From assembly GCF_035084215.1 (NCBI RefSeq), contig NC_090325.1, positions 50,468,001 through 50,532,000 on the forward strand: a DNA stretch of 64,000 nucleotides, written 5' to 3'. Numbering within the stretch: the first letter of the stretch is position 1; every line of letters begins with the position of its first letter. This DNA comes from Heptranchias perlo. Taxonomy: Eukaryota. The notes under the pieces are model-generated. The model saw only the letters and a list, made by a program, of their open reading frames with translations, was not told the origin of the DNA and did no database searches. Made by a program: the position numbers and the translations under genes. Below, one piece after another: positions 50,385 to 63,413 of this stretch.

Positions 50385-50962
50385 TTCAAAAGTGAAAACT
50401 GATGCTTCAGTTGTACAGAGCCTTGGTCAGACCCCATCTAAAGTACTGCATTCAGTTTTGGGCGCTGAACATCAGGAAAGATGTATTGGCTTTGAAAGGG
50501 TTACAGCACAGATTCACCAGAATGTCAGGGCTTGAAGGGTTAAATTATGAGGACAGTTTGCATAAACGTCTTCCTTTGAGTTTAGAAGGTTGATGGGTGA
50601 TCTAATCGAAATATTTAAAATGATTGACGGATTTGATAGGGTAGATAGAGGGAAACCATTTCCTCTGGTAGGGAAATCCAGAACAAGAGGGTATAATAAA
50701 ATTAGAGCTAGGCCCTTTGGGAGTGAAATCAAGAAGCACTTTTTCACACAAAGGATAGTGGAAATCTGGAACTCGATCCCCAAAAAAGCTGTGGATGCTG
50801 GGTCAATTGAAATTTTCAAGACTGAGATTGCTAGATTTTTGTTAGGTGAGGGTATCAAGGGATATGGATCAAAGGTGGGTAACTGGAGTTGAGATACAAA
50901 TCAGCTATGATCTAATTGAATGGTGGAACATGCTTGAGGGACTGAATGGCCTACTTCTGTTA
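50385..50962 (+). mobile_element. CR1 3' end
   Basis: LQLYRALVRPHLKYCIQFW; GDLIEIFKMI...GNWS. Confidence 0.9.
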
Positions 50963-52130
50963 TATATTTCTAAAACTGTCCTCTTTATGATGCACATGGT
51001 TTGAAGAGCAGGGAAGACAAAAGAAGTTGTTTTAAAATTTAAAAAAATCAGCAGTCTTCATACTAGTTGCCTATACAAAGCTGCTTCTGTCACTGGGAAA
51101 GTTGGAGCCAGCAAAAAATGCATTTGTGCAAGCATGCATTTGTGGTGTACGGGCATGGTTCGTTTCAATGTTTTTGCTGCGGTAACGTCCTTAGTGACTG
51201 AGGTGTGCTGCATGTATCAAATTGCAAATTAATGGCTTCATGATCTGTACAGGAAGGGGGAGCGCTTCAGTCAATCACTGATCAACATATTTTGTCAATG
51301 TTGCTTTTGGGGGAAAAAGTAGACATGAGCACCCTGCTAAATGTTGAGATGTGATTGGCAAGATATAAATTCTTAACTCGGCATTTAACATTGGAATTCC
51401 AATCACAGTGCCACCTAGCAGCATCACAGCCTAGCGTTACATCAAAATGGACAGTTTAATAAGAAATTTTCCATAGAAATGTGCATAGGACTTCTGAATG
51501 AAATGTATGACACATACTGAATTTAATATAACTAGTCAATCTCTAGTGCTATTGCACATAGGGAGTCAAGCCTAAGTGTGGTCTTCAGAAGAAGCAAGGT
51601 TAGAAGGCAGAAGATAATTAGACCAGGAAACACAGATGTAATTCCCCATATTAAAGTCATGTGTTTGTTCTTATAAAATCAAAGTATTAACTAAAAATAT
51701 TATTTATAGTTAAATAACAAAACTTATGGAAGTAGAGAAGTTGAGTTGTTTGGCACATGACAGCTTCTCTGCAGTACAGGGGCAGCTCCCATTGTAAATG
51801 GGAACTTAGGAATTTATACTGGGAAATGTTGACAGGAAATAAATGCATACATAACGTTTTTAATATTGTAGATGGTGGAAAATTTAGTAAAAGATGAATT
51901 GGAGCAGGATAGATATTTTAAAAAGTCATATTGCCAGGATACCATGAATAAAGTCATTTCATTAGAAATTTATAGAAGTGATCGATATGAGTACAGCAGA
52001 GTGCAGCTGTACTACAGTACTGAACAAGTTTGTGTCATGTATTACAGTTTAGCTAAACTACAATGTTGAATTTGCTGGGGCACTGTTCTCGTGACTTACT
52101 ATATAAACCTGAAATGTGGTTTTCTTGCAG

Positions 52131-52220
52131 ACTGTCAGAGGAATGCTTGACAATCCCACTGAGGCCGTCAATGACTTGTCTTACTTTGATTGCATTGACA
52201 GTGTGATGGAAAATTCCAAG
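52131..52220 (+). CDS. TLN1: Talin-1 exon 19 TVRGMLDNP...SYFDCIDSVMENSK
   Basis: tcttgcag / gtacat, 90 nt. Confidence 0.95.
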
Positions 52221-52611
52221 GTACATATGTGAATGTTTACAAAACTCAATTGTTCCGTGAAGAACAACCATTATTTACTGACCATTTCAACCTGGACATT
52301 TTGCCATTTTGTTTGACGGTCCATCTTGTTTGTTTAAATCAAGAATGTGTGCCTAAGGATGTATTACTAAGAAAATATGGAAGTTTATTTTTTTTAGATT
52401 AATGGCACATTTTCTATTGAATGTCTTTTGCTGAGTGATTCAACCTTTCTATTACAAGGTTAATTAAGTACATTTTGCCCAAAGTCCTTTATTGAAGATG
52501 TTTTTTAGTTACACATGAATTATATTTTTGTGAAGCACTTTTTAACTATTAAAGTCTACGTGTTCTTTAGTATATTTGTTATGTAAGCTAAAATTAGGCA
52601 TTCTGAAGTAG

Positions 52612-53415
52612 ATAGAGAATTGCACGGGAACAGGAGTATGTCATTTTACCCACCGAGCCTGCTCTGCCATTTTGTTAGTCATGGCAGCTCTATCTCTATA
52701 ATCCCAATTTCCTTCCTCCTCTGCATGTTCCTTACTGCCCAAATAATCAATCTTTCTTTTAAACAACAATTGATTCTGCATCTATGGCCTATGGGGCAGT
52801 TCTTTTCTTATTCTCACAACCCTTTGTGTGAAGAGATTTTTCCTGGATTCGCTTAATTCTAACTTTAAGATTAAAACCCTCTGATCTGAATTCTGCTGCC
52901 TTCCTTGTCAATTTCCTTCATTATTTCAAACACCTCACTGAAACCACCTCAACCTTAGAAGAAAGAATGAACTTCCATTTATAAAACCCCTGGAATGTCC
53001 CAACGGGTTTCACCGTTGTTATAAAGGCAGATGTAACAACCAATTTGTGCACAGCAAAGTCCCACAAACAAGAAATGAGATGACCTATTGGTTATTCTGT
53101 TGTGGTAGTGATATTTGCAGAAGAATGTTGGCCAGGGCACCCAAAGAACTCTTGGCTCCTTGTCAGTCAGTGCCATGGGAACTTTTATGTCCACCTAAAC
53201 AAGTAGACAGAGCCTCAGTTTAACATCTCATCTGAAAGATATCTCATCCCAAGGAATACAACCCAAGTTTACCCAGTCTCACTTCATTCCAGGTACTTTT
53301 CTTGAGAATCATTAGTGTATTCCCTCTAAATCCAGAATAGCCTTCCAAAACAGAACACTACTCCAAATAAGGTCTGACCAGCACTGTGTGTCTTTGAGGT
53401 AGAATTTCCTTGTTT
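52612..53415 (-). mobile_element. Very old CR1 3' relic interrupted by a DeuSINE fragment
   Basis: Degenerate CR1 antisense blocks (ctcacaaccctttgtgtgaagagattt; actccaaataaggtctgaccag). Confidence 0.5.
52976..53240 (-). mobile_element. DeuSINE (SacSINE1-like) fragment
   Basis: Reverse complement of the Deu domain and tail seen at 63000-63290 (gtgccatgggaacttttatgtccac, tttaacatctcatctgaaaga). Confidence 0.75.
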
Positions 53416-53633
53416 TTGCATTTGTTGCCTGAAGGAATTTAAGAAAGATTAACACGTGAATAGTTTCACTTAAAATGTTCAAATGAAATGCAGTGGAATG
53501 TTATGAATTATGTTCCTGTATGAATATTTGATATTAAAATTGAAAAATCCAATCTTCAGTCAGTTGCTTTTATCTTTAATCTTGCTTGTGAAATTCAGAC
53601 ATTTTAGCATTTTGTCATTTGATTTTTGTGTAG

Positions 53634-53756
53634 GTTCTTGGAGAGGCAATGACTGGAATCTCCCACAATGCTAAAAACAGTGACCTACCAGCCTTCGGTG
53701 ATTCAGTAAGCTCTGGTTCCAAGGCTTTATGTGGACTTACAGAAGCAGCTGCCCAG
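53634..53756 (+). CDS. TLN1: Talin-1 exon 20 VLGEAMTGIS...LTEAAAQ
   Basis: tgtgtag / gtaaac, 123 nt. Confidence 0.95.
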
Positions 53757-54439
53757 GTAAACAATTTTTTCAAAAAGAGAAAATTGTATAAATCAAATCA
53801 TGCTTATACCTATGTAGAAATGATGCAAGTGTGGCAAGTAAAAGGGAGCAAGCACATTATCATTGAGGAAGTGTTCTGTACGGTTGCTGTCTTCCAAATG
53901 CATAAGTGACATGTTGGAATATGGAATTCTTAAAATTTTAGAATCATCGAAGTTTTTGGGGGAGAGGTTTAGAATTATTTCTTCCTCAACAATTTTTCTC
54001 TGCCAATTCTCTCCTTCCTTGAAGATATTGACTCCTTTCCAGGGCATAATTTCACAGGCACCTTAATACCTCACCCGAGTGGCTACATTCATGTGTAGGG
54101 AGTATTGGCAGGCTATTCATACAGTGGGGGCATCTCATTTCAGTCTGACCCTGTCCTCATTGGATATCCACATTGGTACTTTCAGCAAACATTGCTGGTC
54201 AGCAGCAGGAACCCTTGCCAATGTCCTCTCCCTAACCAAGGAGAGAAGCCAATTGTGGCATCCTACCACTTTCCAATCTAAGATCAACTAACTCAGCACA
54301 GACCAGGGATCGGAGCTGGGACCTTCTTGTATAACTCACACCCCATCCTCGCTAGGCCATTGAGAGAGCTTGTTTAATTGTGTTAGTAAGTGCTTTTTGG
54401 GCAATATGGTTATTGAACTTTCAGAAAGCGAAAATAAAG

Positions 54440-54611
54440 GTAGTTTCATGGCCACCATTACTGATACTAGCTTTTAATTCCAGATTTTATTTAATTAACT
54501 AAATTTAAATTCCCCAGCTGCCATGGTGGGATTTGAACTCATGCCATGCCTCTGGATTATTAGTCCAGTCCTCTGGATCACTAGTCCAGTAACATAACCA
54601 CTATGCTACCA
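54440..54611 (-). mobile_element. 5' head of the LINE-B-tailed SINE
   Basis: Reverse complement ggtagcatagtggttatgttactggactag...gagttcaaatcccacc matches 23575-23745. Confidence 0.75.
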
Positions 54612-54870
54612 TACTAATTTTTGTTAGCAAAGCCGTTAGCATGTTGCATCGCCATGTGGTGCTGCACTGTGGTGTGAGGAGAAATCAAATAGAGGAAAGA
54701 AAAAGTAATGAATGTTTAGTTCCACACTTGGCCAATATGAAAAGAGGAGTCTGCAATTTGGATTGGAAGGAAGATTGAAGGTAGTGAGCAACTTGAAAAG
54801 GTACAAAAATGAGTTTTTAAAAAAAAATATCCAAATACCTTCAATAACCTTTTTAAATCTTAACCCCCAG

Positions 54871-55014
54871 GCAGCTTACCTTGTAGGAATCTCGGATCCC
54901 AACAGTCACGCCGGTCAGCAAGGATTAGTTGATCCAGCTCAATTTGCCCGAGCCAATCAAGCAATCCAAATGGCTTGTCAGAACCTGGTGGACCCGGCCT
55001 GTATCCAGTCACAG
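54871..55014 (+). CDS. TLN1: Talin-1 exon 21 AAYLVGISDPNS...PACIQSQ
   Basis: cccccag / gtaaga, 144 nt. Confidence 0.95.
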
Positions 55015-55132
55015 GTAAGATTAATTCTTGCTGTTACAGTATCAAAACATTTATCTTTACAGTAACTTCATCTTTGGAGCTCCCAGGACAATTGTGGGAA
55101 GCCTTTAGCTCAAAATGTTTTTCTCACCGTAG

Positions 55133-55294
55133 GTCTTGTCTGCTGCCACCATTGTTGCAAAACACACTTCTGCCTTGTGCAATGCTTGCCGTCTAGCCTC
55201 AGCCAAGACATCCAACCCTGTTGCTAAGAGGCAGTTTGTTCAATCAGCCAAGGAGGTGGCAAATAGTACGGCCAACCTTGTGAAGACAATCAAG
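55133..55294 (+). CDS. TLN1: Talin-1 exon 22 VLSAATIVAKHTSAL...NLVKTIK (R8)
   Basis: caccgtag / gtatct, 162 nt; preceded by a 118-nt intron. Confidence 0.95.
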
Positions 55295-55547
55295 GTATCT
55301 CCTGGGAAATTTGTGTTTACAGATGAATATGGTTCTTCTGGTAGCAATTTATATGGAATTGAGTCAGTAAGTGACAAATGTCTAAGGGACCACATATAAG
55401 TCACTTTTATTTCTTAGAAAACAAAGCTGCTGCTGAGGAAGAATGTGGCAGTTTTAGTAGAATTTCTGTAGGTTACCCTCAGACTTGCACTAACTGAGTT
55501 TGATCCAATAGAGATTGTTATAGTTGAAGGGAATTTGTTAGGAGGTA

Positions 55548-56602
55548 TGAGACAGGGAATAGGGTTAATGGGTATGTACTCAAATTGGCAGGATGTGACT
55601 AGTGGTGTCCCCCAGCAATCTAGACTGGGGCCTTAGCTTTTCACTGTAGTTATTTTCACTATAAATAACTTGGATGAAGGAACAGAGAGCCGTATATCCA
55701 AGTTTGCTAACAACACCAAGTTAGGTGGCACAGTAAATAGTGTAGATGGGAGCAGAAAGTTGCAAAGGGTCATTGGTAGATTAAGTGAGTGAGCAAAACT
55801 GTGGCAGATTGAGAAATGTGGGGAAGTGTGAGGTAGAAAGATAAATCTAAATGGTAAGAAGCTAGGAACTGTGGAGGAGCAGAGAGATTTAGGGATCCAA
55901 GTACAGAAATCACTTTTTAAAAACTAGTAGATATGTACAAAAAATAATTAAGACTAATGGAATGTTGACCTTTATCTCAAAGGGGCTGGAATACCATGGG
56001 TGGAAGTTATGTTACTTATATAAAGTTCTGGATAGACCCCATTTAGAGTACTGAGTTCAGTTCTGTGCACCATAGCTCAGGAAGGATATATTGACCTTCG
56101 TAGTTCACCAGAATGATACTGGGGCTAAAAGGATTAAATTATGAGATCAGGTTGCATAGACTAGGCTTGTATTCCCTTGAGTATAGAAGATTACTCAATT
56201 GAGGTGTTTAAAGCAAAATTATGCATGTGTAATTAAGTGTAATTGAGGTGTTTAAGATGATTGAAGAAGTTGATAGTGTAGAAAGAAACTATTTCCTCTG
56301 GTGGGGAAGTCCAGAACAAGGGGGCATAATCTTAAAATTCGAGCTAGTCCATTCAGGGATGATGGCAGGAAGCACCTCTTCACACAAAGGGTAGTGGAAA
56401 TCTGGAAAACTCTCCCTCCAAAAAGCTGTTGAGGCTTGGTCAATTGAAAATTTCAAAACTGAGATTGATAGATTTTTGTTAGGCAAGGGTATCAAGGGTT
56501 ATGGAACCAAGGCAGTTAAATGGAGTTAAGATACAGATCAGCCATGATCTAATTGAATGATGGAACAGGCTCGAGGGGCTGAATAGCCTACTCCTGTTCC
56601 TA
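55548..56602 (+). mobile_element. CR1, 5'-truncated, degraded
   Basis: VTSGVPQ and ISKFA..TKLGG motifs; 3' UTR gatcagccatgatctaattgaatg...cctactcctgttcct. Confidence 0.88.
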
Positions 56603-56748
56603 AGAACTGGCACATTTTGGTGCTAAAATGTAGGCACAGTCTAATCTATAAAATGAAGGTAACTTTTTTTTAATGAGTAGACAGTTAGTTTGGGCATATA
56701 CTATCAATCCAAGAACAATTTTAAAAAACTTTTTTCTTAAAAATACAG

Positions 56749-56889
56749 GCTCTCGATGGTGCATTCACAGACGAGAACCGTGAGAAGTGCCGTGCTGGAA
56801 CAGTTCCTCTAATAGAAGCAGTAGAGAATCTGACAGCTTTTGCTTCCAACCCAGAGTTTGCCAGCATTCCAGCTCAGATTAGTCCTGAG
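56749..56889 (+). CDS. TLN1: Talin-1 exon 23 ALDGAFTDENREKC...PAQISPE
   Basis: aatacag / gtacag, 141 nt. Confidence 0.95.
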
Positions 56890-57717
56890 GTACAGTATAA
56901 ACCAAGTTAGTTCCATGATGTAGAAAGGGAACTGTAATTATCCTAATGGCGTAATGAAGGTGTCCAATGAGCAGTTTTGATTAATTCAATTATGAATATA
57001 AAGTGTCTTCAACTGCGATTAAAACAATGCATAACAAACAAATCTTTGAATCGATACCTTGGCCATTAGCAAAGAATGCTAATGATGACACGAGAACCAT
57101 AGTTTGAGATAGAATGGGAATCTACCTTGTAGCTGTGGACGATGATCACTAATTCAGTGCTGTGGTGATTTTGATAAGGAATAGGAGTGCCAATCATCTA
57201 TACAGGATTTGATACTTTTTCTCTAATGCTGCAGTTATACTTCAGGTACTGTTGGACTCCAGTAACTGCTTTTAAAGCACTGAGAGCAGACAGTACTAAG
57301 TTATATTGTTCTGCACTCTAGGGGAAAGCAAAATTATGCATGTGTAATTAAGAGTTTGTAAAATCTGTAATTTTCAGAAAGAGCTGCTGGGGGGAGCAAA
57401 CTGTCCTTAACATTTTTCTACAGTTGGTGTAAAACCAAAGGCTACCTCAAGGTGGTTACACAAGTTGGTTGCACACCTGACACAAAATGCTAAACTGACA
57501 CCAATGCAGCAGTGCAAAGGCTACAGTATAATTGCACTTTTAATCATTGGAGTCAACATGAAAACTTCCAGCACTTGCCCACATGAGGGCGTCCAATCTC
57601 TAACTGAACTATTGACTGCTCTTTTAACAGGTATGTTGCATAAAACAATGTATAAGCAGTACAATTAATTGCTTAACAATGTATGCATATGTATTTGCGT
57701 TTTTTTTTTGGTGGCAG

Positions 57718-57899
57718 GGTCTTAATGCCATGGAGCCCATTGTCGTGGCTGCAAGGACAATGCTGGATAGTTCAACTGGCCTCATTCAGACTGCCCGATC
57801 CCTTGCTGTAAACCCAAAAGACCCACCAAAATGGTCTGTCTTGGCTGGACATTCTCGAACTGTCTCTGATTCTATCAAGAAACTCATTACTTCAATCAG
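57718..57899 (+). CDS. TLN1: Talin-1 exon 24 GLNAMEPIVV...KKLITSI(R)
   Basis: gtggcag / gtattt, 182 nt, ends phase 2. Confidence 0.95.
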
Positions 57900-58721
57900 G
57901 TATTTATTTTCATTAAACAAAGTTGTTTTGATAACTTGCATTTAAAAGTAAAGTACGCTTGTATAACAATTTGACTTGGTTTCAGTCTAACATTACACAG
58001 AGCTTAATCTCCATTACCTATAATGTTGACTTTAATAACTGCTTTTTAAAAAATTCTTGGAACTGTGTTAAGTCTTTGTAACATTGATCTGTGATTTGGA
58101 TGACTCTAAATTGCCTAAGCTCTTACAGATTGTTTTACGATGTTGTAATACATTCCCTGCACTTTTTTAATTTATGGTTTGTTCCATCTGTTGTACACTC
58201 CACTACTATTTAAGTATCTACTCCTGCGCATGTCCTCCTTTAAAGGAGCTGTATATACTGTTGTTAAAAATCTTAGTTATTTGGTGTTCAGAGGCAATAG
58301 TAAGCCTCTAAGTTTTGCACGGCATTTATAATTGTAAATCAATGGAGTGGTGGACTATCTGTTTCTATAAAAAGCACACACTTGCATTAGTTATTTTAAT
58401 AAATCTATTATTGACCACCTCTCTCCCCAATATTACCAGGGTTGCCACTTTCAAGGTACATCTTTGAACAGTGGGCTATCCTATGTTGCATTTAATGTAA
58501 ACTCCACAGTCACCAATAATTTTTCTGAAATAGAGCCATCCATATTTTAAAAATCCCAGGTGCAAGATTTGCATTAGTCAGCCCCGTATATGATGCATAT
58601 GTCAAACGATTAAAATCAAAAACATGGCTAAAAACTGCAGCATCTGTCACATGGGCTGCAAGCTACGGCCTGCCTGTGCTTTAAGCTTTGTCTTCCTTTG
58701 TGATTTGTGTCTTCCATCACA

Positions 58722-60830
58722 TTAGAATCATAGAATCATACTGCACAGAAGGAGGCCATTTGGTCCATCATGTCTCTTCTGGCTCTTTGAAAGAGCTGTC
58801 TAATTTAATCCCACACCCCAGCTATTTCCCTATAACCCTGCAAATTAGTCCTCTTCAAGTACATGCCCAGCTGCCTTTTGAAAGTTTCTATGGAATCTGC
58901 TTCCACCACCCTTTCAGGTAGTGCATTCCAAATCTCAACAACTGTGTGAAAAAAATTTCTTCTCATTTTCCCTCTAGTTCTTTTGACAATTATTTTAAAT
59001 CTAAGACCTCTGGTTACTGACCCACTTGCCAGAGGGAACAGTTTCTCCCTACTTGCTCTATCAAAACCCCCTTGCTCTAAGAAGAACAATCCCAGCTTCT
59101 CCAATCTCTCCACATAACTGAAGTCCCTCATCCCTGATATCATCTGGTAAATTTCCTCTATACCCTCTTCAAGGCCTTGACATCCTTCCTAAAGTGTGGT
59201 GCCCAGAATTGTACACAATATTCTAGCTGAGGCCTAACCAGTGATATGTAAAGGTTTAGAATGACTTCCTTGTTTTTGTATTCAGTGGCCCTATTTACAA
59301 AACCAAGTATCTCCTACGCTTTAACAACTTGCCCCACCACCTTCAAAGATTTGTGAATATGCACCCCCAGGTCCCTCTGCTCTTGCACCCCCCCCCCCCC
59401 CCCACAAAAAATAGTGCCATTTAGATTATACTGCCTCTCCAAAGTGCATCACTTCACACTTATCCACATTAAATTGCATCCGCCATTTGTCTGCCCATTT
59501 CACCAGTCTGTCTGTCCTCCTGAAGTCTGCTACTGTCTTCCTCACTATTTACTACGTTGCCAAGTTTTGTCATCTGCAAACTTCAAAGTTGTACTCCCTA
59601 TACCCAAGTCCAGGTTATTTATGTATAACAAGAATAGCAATGGTCCTAATACTGATCCCTGAGGGACCCCACTGCATACTTCTCTCCAGTCAGTAAAACA
59701 TCCATTCACCACTACTCTCTGCCTCCTCGCCATAGCTAATTATGTACCCAAGTTACAGCAGTCTCTTTAATCCCATGTGCTTCTATTTTCCGAATAAGTC
59801 TGTTATGTGATACTTTATCAAATGCCTTTTGAAAATCCATATACACATCTACTGCACTACCTTCACCAACCTTCTCTGATACTTCATCAAAGAACTCAGT
59901 CAGGTTAGTCAGACACGATTTGCCTTTAACAAATCCATGTTGGCTGTCCCTTATTAACCCATGCTTCTCTAAGTGAGAGTTAATTTTGTCCTTGACTGTG
60001 GTCTCTAGTAGTTTTCCCACCACTGACGTTAGATTGACTGGACTGTCGTTACCAGGTTTATCCCCCTCCCCTTTTTTGAACAGGGGTGTAACATTTGCAA
60101 TCTTCTAGTCCTCTGGCACCATTCCCATATCCAAGGAGGTTTGAAAGATTGCGGTCAGAGCTTCTGCTATCCTCCACCCTTGCTTCCCTCAGCAACCTAG
60201 GATGCATCCCATCTGGACCGGGTGACTTGTTAACTTTGAGTGATCCCAAACTATTTGGCACCTCCTCTCTATCTATTTTTATCCTATCCAATATCTCTAC
60301 TCCCTCCTCCTCTACTGCAATATTAACTTCATCCCCTTCTTTTGTGACGACAGATGCAAAGTATTCATTCAGCACCTCAGTCATGCCCTCTGCCTCCACA
60401 AGAAGATTGCCTTCTTTGTCCCTAATCAGCCCTACCATTCCTTTAACTATCCTTTTACTTTTTATATGTTTATAAAAGATTTTTGGGTTCCCTTTTATGT
60501 TACCTGCTAATCTTTTCTCATTCTCTCTGTCCTTAAATCCTTTTTCAATTCTCCCCTGCACACTCTGTATTCTGTCTGGTTTTCAACTGTATTCTGCACC
60601 TGACATTTGTCATAAAGCTCTTTTATTTTAACCTCTGTTTCCTTTGTCATCCAGGGAGCTCTAGCTTTGGATGCCCTATCTTTCCTCCTAATGGGAATAT
60701 GCTTGGTTTGTACTCGAACTATCTCTGCCTTAAAGGCCTGCCATTGCTCATTTACTGTTTTCTTGCCCAATCTTTGTTTCCATTCCATCTGTGCAGGGTC
60801 CCTTCTCAAATCACTGAAGTTGGCTCTCTT
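58722..60830 (-). mobile_element. CR1, linker to 3' end, degraded
   Basis: KSPGPDGMHPRLL, QHGFVKGKSCLTNL, YMDFQKAFDKV, GVPQGSVLGP, FADD; agaatcatagaatcata tail. Confidence 0.92.
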
Positions 60831-62253
60831 CTATTCTTAGAGACATATGCTTCCTCCTTGATTATCGCATCATTTTTGTAATTACTGCCATTTTTTATCT
60901 GAGTGGTTAATAAATTCTGTTAGAAGGTAGAAATGTTTTGCCGAAGTTCTTGATTTTGAAGATAGGGATGTGTATAGATGAATATAAACATCAGGTGTGT
61001 TTAATGGATTGCAAACCTGTTGACTCATCTGCAGTGAAATGCATATATTTATGCATCTATTTCTTTTAAATATGTGACTTTCCAATCTGACTCACTGTTT
61101 TTAATATTAGATCTCATTCCTAGCAAAGACCTACAATTCATACCTGACAGTGTGACAGTTCTAGTCCATGTTTTGCGACTGAACTTGAATTCCAGGAAGT
61201 GCTAACTGAACTTGCCTTTTATGCATAATGCAATGGCATATATAGAAATTGCTCAACATGTTCAACTGTTCATGTTTCACCATCCAATCAGTTTAATTTT
61301 TTTTAAATATCATGCAAAACTCGGATGTTTGCTACTGCCTCTTTCACTCCCACCACGATTAAGCACTCCAGGGTCATTTTTAGTTTAAAAGCTATGGGCC
61401 GCAAAGCTTGCAGTTACTTTAGCTCAGGAGGTGCGACTGGCTTAGGTCACCGACATCTGATTGCCATTGATGATGCTCCATATTGAAGGGTCAACCTACT
61501 AATGCAGGGCAGATGGAAGCACTCAACTTTCCCTCTTACTGGAAATGGAGTGCTCCATCTGGTGGTCTTGCCAAGTTCGCAAAATGCAACCGTTGAGGTT
61601 AATTCAATTCAAATCTCAGTGAAGGCTGGAATTCAAACTCTTAGACATGCTGTCTCAAGGATTGTACATTTTTTTGGAGTAATATACATTCTTAGTAGAG
61701 ATTTCACTATCATTTCCTGCACCACTGCTGCCACCACCACCACTTTATGCAACCTTTTTGCAAAATGGTAGTTTGAGTGTTAAATCCTTTCTTTAAGAAT
61801 AGACTTTAAAAGTACTGCTTGCTGTAATTCAATAATAAACTCCAATCAGTACACAAGAATTTTATTTTTCATGTGTGAAATTTGCAATGATTTTGGGAAC
61901 TGTGCACCTCAAGAGTCCTGCAAATTTGAGTCATGTGCTTCACATCTTACCTTTGATTGATGTGATCAGGCTTGGACTAGGAATTTGCAGCCTCTTGGGC
62001 TGTCTTGGACTGGAAATCTTTTAAAATACACATTCAGAGTCAGCAGTTCAAAAAAAAAACCTAATGCAGATATCAAAATTATCTTTAAAAGTATTTTCCT
62101 CACATGACAATATGTGCAGAGGACATTGTTGTCATACAGGATATGTAAAGATTCTGGAGCAGGCTTATCACTTTACAGCTAGAGATGGGTTTATGTAAAA
62201 TCCACATCACAGGATATCAACACAGTATATGTTTAATTTCTGTTCTTTCACAG

Positions 62254-62386
62254 AGATAAAGCTCCAGGGCAGAGAGAGTGTGATGATGCCATTGATGTCC
62301 TTAATCGATGTATCAGGGATGTTGACCAGGCATCTTTGGCAGCAGTTAGTCAACAGCTGGCACCACGAGAAGACATCTCTCGAGAG
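62254..62386 (+). CDS. TLN1: Talin-1 exon 25 (R)DKAPGQRECDDAI...REDISRE
   Basis: tttcacag / gtgagc, 133 nt, phase 2/0. Confidence 0.95.
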
Positions 62387-62857
62387 GTGAGCAGCAAATA
62401 CATTTCTTACTCAGTGATCTTCTGTATTTCAATTACGTCTGTGTCACAGTTTTTTAATTGAATATTATTGCAGTTATTGTTTTAAGATAAATTTCCATTA
62501 AAACAATTGATGTTTTTATTTACTGCAAAAATGTAACTAAGTTCAAAGGCGTGGTGTATGTCCTTGATTGACCCATTACACACATTTGGCAAGTTTGCAA
62601 TCTCGGTCAATTCATCTGAGAGTAGGCACTTGCCTGAATGAAGGAAACTTGGGTGAGCCACACTCTATCGTGTTAGCCAGCTTCTTAACAAATTGTTGCT
62701 GTGCAGTATTGCCAGAGACCTACGATTGTCCCAGCCTGTGACCAGAGCACAGTGCATGCCTGGAGATGGGGGAAGGTAAGACACTTTAAAGGGGAGAAAG
62801 TAAACATAAAAATGAACATGCAGTTTTTCAAGTGACAATTAATATTCTGTAAACGGT

Positions 62858-63302
62858 GTCAGCTGTGGCTCAGTGGTAGCACTCTCTGCTCTGTGTCAGA
62901 AGTTTGTGGGTTCAAGTCCCACTCCAGAGACTTGAGCACAAAATCTAGACTGACAGTCCAGTGCAGTACTGGGAGAGTGCTGCACTGTCGGAGGTGCCGT
63001 CTTTCGGATGAGACGTTAAACTTTCTACCCCCTCAAGTGGACGTAAAAGATCCTATGACACTATTTCAAAGAAGAACAGGGGAATTCTCCCTGGTGTCCT
63101 GGCCAATATTTATCCCTCAACCGACATCACTAAATAAACAGATGACCTGATCGTTATCACGTTGCTCTTTGTGGGACCTTGCTGTATGCAAATTGGCTGC
63201 TGCGTTTGCTATATTGCAACAGTGGCTATACTTCAAATTGGCTGTAAAGCGCTTTGGGACCTCCTGAGGCCATGAAGAGGCACTATATAAACGCAAGTTC
63301 GT
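62858..63302 (+). mobile_element. Near-complete DeuSINE (SacSINE1/AmnSINE1-related): tRNA head, Deu domain, L2-like tail
   Basis: A box tggctcagtgg, B box ggttcaagtcc; Deu core gtctttcggatgagacgttaaac...gtaaaagatcc...cctggtgtcctggccaatatttatccctcaacc; tail aagcgctttggg...ggcactatataaa matches the L2 tail at 26770-26812. Confidence 0.85.
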
Positions 63303-63413
63303 TCGTTCTTTAAATCTCTGTTATCTTGAACTCCCACTTGAACAGTAAAAATGCCAAGCTGGAACAGATGTTTTGTCCTGACGGTTTTATTTTTTATTCC
63401 CATTTTCCATTAG

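Noticed and set aside
59396-59414. 19-nt match ccccccccacaaaaaatag to the exon 7 acceptor (10452-10470)
   Set aside because: Low-complexity C-run/A-run arising within a CR1 relic 49 kb away; coincidence is likely.
62858-62930. tRNA gene
   Set aside because: A and B boxes are present, but the sequence continues into a Deu domain and LINE tail, so it is a SINE head.
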